From the NCBI RefSeq assembly GCF_001194135.2, contig NC_068981.1, positions 131,372,326 to 131,414,907 on the forward strand: a DNA stretch of 42,582 nt, given 5' to 3'. Under the pieces are notes generated by a model. The model saw nothing but the letters and a program-made list of their open reading frames with translations. It was not told the origin of the DNA and did not search any database. Source of the stretch: Octopus bimaculoides (lineage: Eukaryota). Each line of letters starts with the position of its first letter. Within the stretch, counting starts at the first letter, position 1. The position numbers and the translations under genes are program-made. Shown piece by piece: positions 22,871-33,640 of the stretch.

Positions 22871-23024
22871 AAGCCACTGTATTCATTGTTAATTCCGGTG
22901 AATAAAAAAAGGGAGAGACAACCATAAAGTGACTGGACTTAACAGCGTTCTGTCCACAGACGAAACTCACTCCTCACTGAGTTCTATTCTACTTGAAATA
23001 AATTCCAAAGTGTAATGCGACGTG

Positions 23025-23205
23025 CAGACACGATCGTTCGCTCGCCAGACAAACCACTTAGCGGTATTTCTTCCGTCTTTAGGTTCTGAGTTCAAATACC
23101 GCAGAAACCGACTTTGCCTTTCATCCTTTCGAAGTCGAGAAAATAAGTACCAGTTGCACACTGGAATCAATGTAATCGAGTTTCCACCTTACTCCAAAAT
23201 GTGCT
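23025..23205 (+). mobile_element. Degenerate family B SINE
   Basis: ttagcggtattt..ctgagttcaaatacc..gactttgcctttcatcctttcg..taagtaccagtt. Confidence 0.75.
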
Positions 23206-23614
23206 TATAATAGAAAGAGAAAGAAATTCTAGGATTATCTTCAATGTTCTTCTTGATTAAAATTTGTAATTTGATGAGGAGTCACTTTCTCACCAGAGAT
23301 CTTACTTTGTATTAACTTTTCTTTTTTCGTTACATATACTAGTGCCATTGGTGTTGTTGTTGGAGGACATCTCTAAAAAAGTTCCACAGAGAAAGCATTT
23401 TTTAACTAGGGCATATGAAAGCAGATGCGGCGTCCTTTAAGACTTGAGGATAAGGTGCGGAGACTGTGAATGGTATGCCACTAGCTTACACACACGGCAG
23501 TGTTTTTACAGTCCAAGGGTAAGAGTTAGCTATAAACTACCTATCTAATTGAAGAAAGAGTGAAGCCCTTGAATTCTGACGATACGACCGAAGATGTGTA
23601 ATATGTCACTTTTG

Positions 23615-23750
23615 TCTTTTACTTGTTTCAGTCGTTTGACTGAGGCCATATTGGAAAACCGCCTTGAAGGGTTTTAGTCGATTAAATCGACCCCGGACTT
23701 TTCTTCAGCCTAATACTTATTTTATCGCATATATATATATATATATATAT
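23615..23750 (-). mobile_element. 3' module of a family C SINE plus (TA)n
   Basis: tcttttacttgtttcagtcgtttgactgaggccatattggaaaaccgccttgaaggg. Confidence 0.8.
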
Positions 23751-24075
23751 TTAAATTCAATAATAGGATGAATTCTTTTATAAGAATTCATCAAGTAGCT
23801 AGCGTGAAAAAACTTCATAAGGGAAAAAAATCCATCATTTATTCCCCAAAATATATTTATTTATATAAGGGCATTACTATACAAGAATGTCTCACGCTAT
23901 GAGGGACTCTAAGGTCAGAACGATTCTTTGCCAACTTAATGTGGCAGTCCCATTTTGGAGCTAAACAACAGTAGCATTCGCCCCAAAATGCCACATTAGG
24001 TTGGTAAAAAATTGTTACTTTAAAGTAACTGAATATCTCTCGCTGAGAGATTTAGGAACAATAATGTTCCTATTT

Positions 24076-24244
24076 TATATATGTATGTGTGTGTGTATAT
24101 ATATATGACGGGTTTCTTCCAGTTTCCGTCTCAAAAATCCACACACAAGGTTTTGGTCTGTCTGAGGCTATACTAGAAGACACTTGCCCAAGATGCTATG
24201 CAGTGGGATTGAACTCGGAACTATGTAGTTAGGAAACAAGCTTC
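24076..24244 (-). mobile_element. Family C SINE whose tRNA-like head is interrupted at 24244 by the ORF1 element
   Basis: acgggtttcttccagtttccgtc...gggattgaactcggaactatgtagttaggaaacaagcttc; the expected continuation ttaccacacagcc is replaced by the insertion. Confidence 0.88.
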
Positions 24245-25707
24245 TTTATTTCTTTTAAATTTCCATAAAGGCATTACACATAGGGGGACACTACAACACA
24301 TGTGGAGACATATAACAGTTAAAAATATAAAAATATGATATAATGAATGACGAATGAATATGAACATGAAAAGCAAATTAAAATAGGATAACACGAATGA
24401 TATCTGAAAATGATATTATGAAGAGTGTGCTACTCACCCCACACTGAGTAACACCACTCGCTGCCTCTGGGTCTTAAGTCCTTTTTCTCCTTCAGTCCAA
24501 TCCTTTTCCCCCTTTCTCCATCACTTAGTGACATCATTCTCTCCGCCATGCATTCGTAACCTTTTTCACCGGGGCGGGGGTCTTCTAAATTTTGTGGTGT
24601 CTGTTCTTTCTTTTTCTTTTTTTGTCTTGTGGGGAAATGGGGTGGGTGGATTTGGTGTCTGTATGGGGAGGGTGGGTCTGAGTGGTTTTGGGAGGGATAG
24701 AGTTGGATTGGGGTACCACATCATACTCAGTGTTTTTTTCTCTTTCACCTGCTCTCTGTAACTTTCCATTCTTTCTCCTTTTCCTCCATCTGTCTTTCCT
24801 TCCTCTCTTTTCTCTTCCGTCTCTACAACTGTATCCTCAGTCATTGTCCTCTGTAGAGGGCAATATGCTCTAAGGTGGCCCTTTTTGTTTCATTTAAAAC
24901 AACGTGATACTCTGCCCTCTACCCACACCCTCAGCACAATTTCCCCCAACGTCACCGTCTCTACCAAGTTCTCCAGTTGACCCTCCTCCGCCTGAATAAT
25001 TAGTTCAAGTGTCCTTCCTTTCCACCCTCCTTCTTCTGTTTCTATGACTTGGAGGACAGCCACCTTCTCGCTTCCAACAAGGACAGCTGCCGCTACTCAA
25101 GCCACTTCTATATCCGCTTCTACTTTCATCTTGGAAGTTTCTTCCAAGGTATGTGGGCAGAGGCACTACTTCCTCTGTTTTCACCGCCGCACTCGCCAGC
25201 CTCCTCGCCAGCCACCTCACCAGCCTCCTCGCCCCCTCTACTGTCCTAAATTGGACGACCATTGTCCCATATCTTCTTCTTTTGGCTACGTACATCATCT
25301 CCTTTGTTCGTTCCCTCAGCGCCTTTTTCACTTCTGCCTCCGCCTGTTCTGCCTTTTTTTTCCTTTCAACGAGTACACCTTATAGGTGATCGTTTTCTTC
25401 TCCATCCTCTCCATAATTCCTTTGGGGAGCGACAACTTCACATCGCCGTCCACCTTCTGAGCCATCTTCTGGTACTCCTTCAGACCAGCCAAGTCCAGCT
25501 CCCTTCGCTTCACCTCCGTGGCTTCAACAAAACTCCTTGTCTTCAACACTCCGTCCATCTTTATGACCGCCCTTACCAGCTCCGACGACGACGACGACGA
25601 CGACGACGACTCAGACCCGTCAAGGTCTGAGTACATCTTCTAAGCAACACAAAAAACAACGTCCGACTCTTGCAAAATCCAGACAGCAAATAACACGACG
25701 CATGCGC
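24245..25707 (-). mobile_element. ORF1-only (HAL1-like) non-autonomous non-LTR retroelement of L1/Tx1 type, full length
   Basis: 71-bp 5' UTR, ATG at 25636, disrupted ORF1 to about 24500, AT-rich 3' UTR, A-rich tail, 13-bp TSD; no endonuclease or RT sequence. Confidence 0.8.
24500..25636 (-). pseudogene. Gag-like ORF1p of the element above (frameshifts near 25355 and 25140, in-frame stops)
   Basis: MYSDLDGSE(S)n..GTMVVQFRTVEGARRL (RRM-like)..LRVWVEGRVSRCFK*NKKGHLRAYCP (CX2CX4HX4C knuckle at 24901-24860 with the second Cys mutated to TGA), then a Glu/Lys-rich and Pro-rich tail. Confidence 0.85.
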
Positions 25708-25720
25708 GGAAGCAAGCTTC

Positions 25721-26205
25721 CTTATTTCTTTTCTTTTAAATTGCCATAAAGGCATTACACAGAGGGGGACACTGCAACACATATGAGCATATAAAGCAAT
25801 TAAAATAAAAATATGATGCTATGAATGACACATGAAAATGAACATGAAAAACATTAAAATCAAAATATTAGAATAATGATACATGAACAATAACTTAAGA
25901 AATGAGAATATGAAAAGTGTGTTTATCACCCCACACTGAGTAACACCACCTCTGAGTCCTGAGTCCTCTTTAGTCTTTGATCTAGTCTTTCCTTTTTCCC
26001 CATCACTGAGTGACAACACTCCCTCCTTCATGTATACGTAACCTTTTCACCGGGGGAGGGGTCTTGTAAATTCTGTGGTGTCTGTCATTTCTTCTTTTTT
26101 TTCCTGTGGGGTGGGTGGATTTGGTGTCTGTATGGGGAGGGTGGGTCTGAGTGGTCTTGGGTGGGATGGAGTTGGTCTGGGATCCCACATCACACTGACT
26201 GTTGT
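25721..26205 (-). mobile_element. 5'-truncated second copy of the ORF1-only element
   Basis: Collinear, diverged match to 24245-24730 (ccataaaggcattacaca; tcaccccacactgagtaacacca; ggtgggtggatttggtgtctgtatggggagggtgggtctgagtgg). Confidence 0.9.
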
Positions 26206-26567
26206 TCCTCTTCGAAGGAAATATTTGCGAATAAAACCACCAATAGGAGATAATATAACCAAAGACTGCGTATACTCCATCCCATGCAGCTGTGGTAGGT
26301 TATATAAAGGCGAAACATGCGTCCCCCTCAAAATAAGGGTAAGCGAGCATCGCAAAGCTGTGATACGGGGAGATATTGATAAATCCGGTATAGCTGATCA
26401 TGTATGGAAAAATAGAGACCACCTCCCCTGTGGGATAAGTTAAAATAATAGACAGAGAACACCACTGGAAAATACGAAAACTAAAAGAAGCAGCACATAT
26501 GCTAGGACACAACAACCTCCTAAGCAGACCGAGTGCAGATATGAGTAGCATATGGGAACCGGTATGA
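26203..26567 (+). pseudogene. Penelope-like element GIY-YIG endonuclease fragment
   Basis: KDCVYSIPCSCGRLYKGETCVPLKIRVSEHRKAV..KSGIADHVW..HLP/LWDKVKIIDREHHWKIRKLKEAAHM..SRPSADMSSIWEPV (one frameshift near 26430). Confidence 0.88.
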
Positions 26568-26626
26568 AGGAAGGATAGGAATATATTACATTTATAAGCC
26601 CTAAAATTCACTCCATAATTGCTGAT

Positions 26627-26881
26627 GGGCATATGGCATAGTGGTTAAGAGCGCGCTACTAATCCCAAGATTCCGAGTTTGATTCCAAGCAGTGACCTGA
26701 ACAATAATAATAATAATAATAATAACATCGAAAAATACCTTAGGAATGAGAACTCAGGTTCGAAATTTCCCCCAAGACACCTGAAGAAGGCTGTGGAGGG
26801 TATATCAGCAGAAACGTGTTAACAACAAACAAGATGAGGACAAATATCCGTCGAATGTAAATAATGTAAATAATGTACATT
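26627..26881 (+). mobile_element. tRNA-headed SINE (family E) with a Penelope-like, hammerhead-containing 3' part
   Basis: Head gggcatatggcatagtggttaagagcgcg..gagtttgattcc, internal (AAT)n, CTGAAGA..GAAAC box, short tandem tail (aaataatgt). Confidence 0.7.
26781..26820 (+). ncRNA. Degenerate minimal hammerhead ribozyme motif
   Basis: CTGAAGA (26781-26787), stem II gctg/cagc, GAAA (26811-26814), palindromic ACGT; cleavage site and stem I imperfect. Confidence 0.5.
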
Positions 26882-26924
26882 ACAAGTGTGATATAACATA
26901 CTATATTACTGACAACATCACATA

Positions 26925-26966
<42 letters not shown>

Positions 26967-27271
26967 AACACATACTTCCTAGAATTTTTCAAAAATATAA
27001 TATCTATGTTTCCTCTTGCTCTTAAAATAGACTTCATTAAATGGGATAACGCAGAAGAAAAAAAATCTGCCCTCGAAATTTCAAGTTAGTACCCACGTAT
27101 TCAGCATGATGTTGTTTCTAAATAATATACAACGACGAGGAATAAGTGCAATACAAATTGAAGTGTTCAAACCCAAACTTTAGACCCAAAATTGATACTG
27201 CAAGACGACTCTGGAGGATCAAAAATTAAATGTAATTCAAAAAGTACTGGCTATTTTAATATTTACACTGT

Positions 27272-27486
27272 ATAAGACGGCGAGCTGGTAGAAACGTTAG
27301 CACGCCGGACGAAATGCTTAGCAGTATTTCGTCTGCCGTTACGTTCCGAGTTCAAATTCTGCCGAGGTCGACTTTGCCTTTCCTCCTTTCGGAGGTCGAT
27401 GAAATATGTTCCAATTAAGCACTGCGGTCGATGTAATCGACTCACTCCTCCCCCATAATTGCTGGCCTCGTGCTAAAAGTTGAAAC
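27272..27486 (+). mobile_element. Family B SINE, full length
   Basis: Perfect 15-bp TSD taatatttacactgt at 27257-27271 and 27487-27501. Confidence 0.93.
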
Positions 27487-28296
27487 TAATATTTACACTG
27501 TGTGCTACGTCGACTCGTGTGCCAGAAAATACGGTAAAATACTGGTATTTATGATGTATATACAACTGCACTAGACGTAATATTGTGTCTCAGAGAAACA
27601 TCATAAAGAGATTTGTATGTTTCTAGATGTTGACTTCATTCTTAGGTACCAGAACAAGGAATATTCTATTCAAGGTTTTTACCAAGTTTCAAACGCTACA
27701 AGCATGACAGTTATTTGAAGCAAAAATGAAATATGTACTTTTGTGGAAGCCAGCATTGCAGCGAATGCGAATATTTCTTTCAAAATCAATGAAAATATAA
27801 CATCTATAGACAAATGCTTAGAACTCAGAAGTTTCTATATTCAGATTTCAGATAATACACTTAAATTTCTATTTTAAATCATTACTAATTGGAGAAGGAA
27901 CTCTCTTAAAAAGCCAGGATTTTCAAGATCACTCACAAAACATGAGTTGACCCGAGGCTTTAGTAGAAAATGTATCTTTAAGTACTGCGCAATAGGATCG
28001 AGCCCAGGACCTCCTAACGGAGACTGTCAACACTTGGCCATACAGACAGACAGAGATAACTACGTGTACATACATCACTACCTAGCTGCTGTATTTTAAA
28101 TTCAAATGAAAGAACGTTCATTCGGAGTTAGAAACCGGCTCTTCCTATATTGTTGAGTAGTTTTAAAAATAAAATCAGAACATATAAATACAGACGCGCG
28201 CGCGCGCGCACGAACACGCATGCACGCAGATACATACATACGTACATACATACATACATACATGCATACATGCATACATACATACATACATACATA

Positions 28297-29174
28297 CATA
28301 GTGCGGCGAGTACATTGTCGTCTAAATTACCCAAAAATGAAAATAACACTGACATCTCATTTTAATAGATATATTTACCAAAATTGCATAGAAATATCTT
28401 GAAATATTAAAGAGTAAATTTATTGAATAAAATCGCCATTGGCTTCAACCACGGCTTCCAGACGACTTCGGAATTTACTGCAACTCTTCTGAGCGGTCTC
28501 TTTGCTTAAGTTGGTGAATGCTGTCATAATGCTTGCCTCTAGTTCATGATTGGTGTTACAAGGAGTTTTGTTCGTCTCGCTCAACTGCACCCCACACATA
28601 ATAATCAACGGGGTTGCAGTCTGGGGAGTTAAGTGGCCAGATGTTAGGGGTGATGTGGTCACAGAAATTGTCTGACGGTCATGACTGGGTTCTCCTGCTT
28701 GTGTGGCATAGTGCAGAGTCCTGTTGCCAGATATAGGGTCTTCCAGCAGCCACCCTCTTGACCCAAGGTAGCACTATCTACTTCAGGCACTTAATGTAGG
28801 CCTCCCTGTTGAGTGTGAGGCCGTGTGGGAAGATGAATGGAGGCATAACGTCGCCATCACTAGTGATCACTCCAAACACCATGATGTTGACTGGATGTCT
28901 GACTTTTGGTACATATCATCAGATTGCACTGCTCTCAGATTGATACCCAAGTACTCTGAAATGTTCGTATTGGAGCTTCCGAGGCGAATGCCAAGTAGTA
29001 CAGCATGTCGTTACCAAATTTCTGGCAGAGTAAATTGCGACATGGTGCTGTTTTTCTCACAGACGGTACCCAACTGACCCTACTATACTGTGTAGTCGAC
29101 AAAATCAAAAACAAACAATGCACATGCGCGAAATTAAAAATATAAAATGACGACAATTTACCCATCGCATCCTG
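28297..29174 (-). mobile_element. Internally deleted Tc1/mariner DD37D (maT) transposon
   Basis: Imperfect 26-bp TIRs (19/26) with TA flanks; ATG at 29043 MSQFTLPEIW*RHAVLLGIRLGSSNTNISEYLGINLRAVQ fused to VPKVRHPVNIMVFGVITSDG..WQQD-37aa-DYYVWG..RSRLEAVVEANGDFIQ*. Confidence 0.92.
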
Positions 29175-29808
29175 TAGGACTAAAAGTGAAGGACAGATTA
29201 GATTGCTGTGAGCCAAAGGCCATCCACATAAGGGTGTCTCGTGAAAACATCCTGCACAGGGTGGGCCTACCGTACAACCGGTCCAAGAGCGTAGCCAAGA
29301 AACTCTAATGAAAGACAGTCTGTGCTCTTGAGTTGGAGTCGACGTTCAGGAGTGATGTGGCGTAGAGCAAAGAAGAAGCAAGTTGGCCACTTGAAATTTG
29401 CTCCTCCCAAATATTAGTTTTGCTTAGCCTGATCGACCAGGCTTATGGTCAAAGACATTTCAACCTTGACCATTCTACATTTTTGTCATTTATTTATTTA
29501 GTACTACGTTTTTTGTTATGTATAGTTCCTTTTCTCAAATAGTGGAGCATGATTTGAGGCAGATTTGGTTACTATTTCTAGCATATTGAGCAACTACATG
29601 AAGGTGCCTTCCTGCAGTCGTCAACTTGTAGCTACTCAAGAGGAACATTAACTAGCTGGCCTTAGTGGTCTGCGAATAACATGGCTACAACCTATTCCAC
29701 CAGAACATATCAATAAAATATATATACAGGTCATGTGAGTTGTACTGTACTTGAAAGAATATCACATACACACACACACACACTCATATATATATATATA
29801 TGTGTGTG

Positions 29809-29841
<33 letters not shown>

Positions 29842-29972
29842 NNNNNNNNNNNNNNNNNNNNNNNNNNNNNNNNNNNNNNNNNNNNNNNNNNNNNNNNNNN
29901 NNNNNNNNNNNNNNNNNNNNNNNNNNNNNNNNNNNNNNNNNNNNNNNNNNNNNNNNNNNNNNNNNNNNNNNN

Positions 29973-30003
<31 letters not shown>

Positions 30004-30832
30004 GGCTGTATAAGTTGTGCCTGCATTTTCAAAAGACAGAGCCTGAGAGCATGAAATATGATACTCAGTTATATGTAGTTTAACATTAGTTACAAATGGT
30101 TGAATAAAATTTTATTTCTTTACATCAAAGACTTTTATTGATTTTTTTCCTTTCTTTTTTTATAAAAATGAATTAATAAGTTTTAAAAAATGGTTATTTT
30201 TAGTTAAATGGCTGATAACATACAGTTAATCATTTCCGGTTAACAACATCCGGTTAATGGCATCCGCTTGATAACATCGACAAAATGAGGTTGGGAAGAG
30301 TGAGAGAGGGGGAGTGGGGGGAAGCTAGAGAAGGTGAGAAAGAGGAAAACCAGTTTTGAAAAATAAATTGCATGAAAATATATATTTTAGATGTAAACAT
30401 TACTCCACCACCTCCATTTCTGGGGCTTTTTCCTCTTATCAAAAAGATAACTCAACATTAAGGATATAAATAAGACGGCTCATATGGTAAGTTTACCCTT
30501 TCTGCACAAGTGTATATAAAACGACTTACTCTATGACGTTATTAAAGCAAGCTCTACATGCTTATTGAAACGGAAGCATCTGAAGTTTGTTTATAGCTGT
30601 ATTAAAGCAGTTACTGGTGAGGGGAGGTTTCAGTGATATCGCAGTGGCACTCTGCAATAAAATGGTTGCAGTTTACGCTTGTAAGCAACTTGAATAAGTT
30701 TTACTTTTAATTCCCTGCTCTTTTTTTCTTTCTTTTTTATCATGTAAAGAAAGTAGTTATGTTAAGGGACGATAGGATGTCTATACAATTAACATGTATT
30801 TCATGAACGTATGAGTAATACATGCATTCATT

Positions 30833-30969
30833 CATACATACATACATACATACATACATACATACACAACAACCATGCATCTGCTTATATGAAAATATAC
30901 GTTACAGACATGCACACATAAAAATGGCATCCAAATTGTTCCGCCCATTTATAAGCTCTTGGTTAAAAC

Positions 30970-31043
<74 letters not shown>

Positions 31044-31045
31044 CA
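30833..31045. repeat. (ATAC)n and (GATA)n microsatellites
   Basis: Directly visible at about 30833-30866 and 30970-31043. Confidence 0.9.
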
Positions 31046-31898
31046 CACATGCTCGCGCACATGCATATGCACACATATAGAGGGTTTTCGGCATTTTCAT
31101 CAGTGAACTAGAAAATGGATTATGCAGTAACATGAAACATAAGCCATACATCATATTGTAAGTATATTTATCATAAACTAATTACAACCACTTGAAAACA
31201 AGACATTTCCAAAAGACTCCAAGGCAACCATATAATATATAATGTTTTATACGTTAAATCATACAGCAACACACGACAAACAACGTCCCTCGACATACTG
31301 TCGCTCGACTAGTTAGAAATGGCACCGTAGTTTCTCACAAATCACATTGAAGCAGAACACAATGACTAATATAGACTTAGATTCATCTTGCGTGTTAATG
31401 ATAAGGCAGAGCTGTCGTCACTGAAATGCATTTTTATCATTGATATGCTCAGTCAGAACTAACTTGGTGGTGATACTACAACGACGACAAGGATCATATT
31501 GATTTCAAATATAAGTACAAGGCTATGTATTTGGGAAGAGGGGTATTGTTGATCATATCGGACCCAGTACCTCCGATTATTTAATCGATCATGAAAGGAT
31601 GAAAAGCGCAAACGACCGCAGCAGAATTCAAACTAAGAACGTAATGGAATGCAACTATTTACTGACTGGTGCTTACTCCCACTGCTGCTGAATGCATCTA
31701 TCCACCGACCGCCGAGCACAAAAGCCATTTTAGCATCATCAAATATGCGTTGACCTGGAACGGTATTATGAAGTTGTACTATGAATTCATGGTCAATGAA
31801 TTCAGATGAGCTGCAAATTATTCGGTATCTCCCTCATAGAACATTATTTCAAGTACCTCATTCAAACTAACCCTGGTTACCTGTGTTATAAATTAGAT

Positions 31899-32154
31899 CA
31901 GCGATTCCCAACCGTTTTGACACCACGGACCGATTTCATGCAAAATAATTTTTCCACGGATCGGAGGATCACGAGGATAACAAAACACAAAATGCATAAT
32001 ATATAATTTAAATATTCATTCCATATGTAATAATAATACACACATTACACATAAGTAATTTTGATACACACTATAATCTGCCGTAGTAGTTTAAAATAGA
32101 AATACAATTTTAGAATTTATAATTTCTGTGCGACCCGGTGGTTGGAGACGCCGG
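31899..32154 (+). mobile_element. hAT-Charlie-like MITE
   Basis: Ends cagcgattcccaacc / ggttggagacgccgg; 8-bp TSD aattagat / cattagat (7/8). Confidence 0.82.
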
Positions 32155-33326
32155 CATTAGATTATTATAAACAGATAGCTGTCATTAAATGTGTAGATTT
32201 AGAACGGCAGTCGAGATATGACATAGTACTATGAATTCACGGTCAATGCGTTCAAATGAGCTGCAGATTTATTCGCTGTCTCTCCCCACAGAGCATTATT
32301 CTTTATTTAAACTCGCCCTGGTCACCTATGCCATATATACTTCTTATGAAAGGGAATATTTCTCTCTTAGTCGCTTAATGCTACAGAAATTTAAGTAAAG
32401 ATTGAGAAAAGATGAACATTAAAACTTTACACAGAAAAGACGTCTGTTATCTTGTAATATTATTAAACCACAAGAAAGTTCATATGTTTATCACAAAACC
32501 TAATCAATAATTGACGCTCTAATTAGAAGCCACAACTATCTATGAATTCAACAAAATCTAATAAAAAGAATAAATAGAACTTTTGATTTGAATGCAAGTT
32601 AACCAGACAAAATCAAACGAATAGCCATTATAAAACTGATGAAAGAATTTTTAAGGGAATAATTAACCAAAACAAACCAACCCTAAGGACAACTTAAATT
32701 TACTATAAAAACTCAAACTACAGCACCACCATCGAAGAAATTGTAAATAATAATTACTAAAATTAATACCCATGTAATCATTACATCAAACAGCACTGTA
32801 CCTAACAGTAGAACAAGGATGGGTGGGAGAAGAAATATACTACTACGTCCAATATCAGTCGAAATAAATTACGTAAGACATCAAAGAGAAAATTAGTGAC
32901 TTAATTCTCTTTAAGAGAGTCGCTCTAATTTAGTATCGGAGTTTAAACCGCTAGAGAGAACATACGTATCTGACAACGGTATGATCGTGATTTCGATTAG
33001 ATTATGTCTAATTCTTATATGTGCAAATAATTTTTATAAATAGATTTGACAGATGCATAAGCAGTATTATATAATTGTTGTGTCTTGCTGAAGGAGGGGC
33101 TCTTAGGTAATGAGAAGCGAGTGAAGTAGTAATGCACAAAACCGTATAAGCAACAGAGCAATTTACAAAAGTGAGTGGAGACATCCTCCTGGCAAGAACA
33201 TATTCTTTAATTAATACAGGGGAAAACACACAATAGTTTTTGAACAAGACTATTATACAAATTTAAACAGGTACAGCAAATACAACAGGCAACAACACGG
33301 AAACAGTCAACAGAAACTACACTTAC

Positions 33327-33640
33327 TATATTAACGCACTTCAGTAATACCAACACTTCCAACTCACAGAGACGAAAGACCGATTTCTTTATTACTCGTA
33401 CACTTGTGTGCGGCTCATACACTCCTCTCCATACACTTTCTGCAACTTTACACACGCATCTGAGCAGGTGTCGCCAAGTTTTTGGCAAAATTTGATGCAG
33501 ACTCCCTGCTCAACTTTTTTTGTTATGTTCAATGCGACGATCACACACTACACACCTTCCTTCCAAGCACTGCTGTAAACAGCGGAAGTGAGCTAGAACG
33601 TTGAAACTTAGTGTACATGCACAGCGGAGTTCAAGGTCAA
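33327..33640 (-). promoter_or_regulatory. Possible promoter and non-coding first exon in unique sequence
   Basis: GTAAGTG donor at 33326-33320 (minus); ETS-like gcggaagtg and TCAAGGTCA motifs nearby; repeat-free. Motifs only, no expression evidence. Confidence 0.25.

Noticed and set aside
23576-23595. CTGACGA hammerhead-like box
   Set aside because: No stem II, GAAA box or cleavage triplet follows; expected by chance.
24245-26205. Reading the two ~480-bp similar blocks as LTRs of an LTR retrotransposon with a gag gene
   Set aside because: No TG..CA termini, PBS or PPT; the repeat includes the ORF 3' end and an A-rich tail; the copies are diverged with indels and separated by a TSD.
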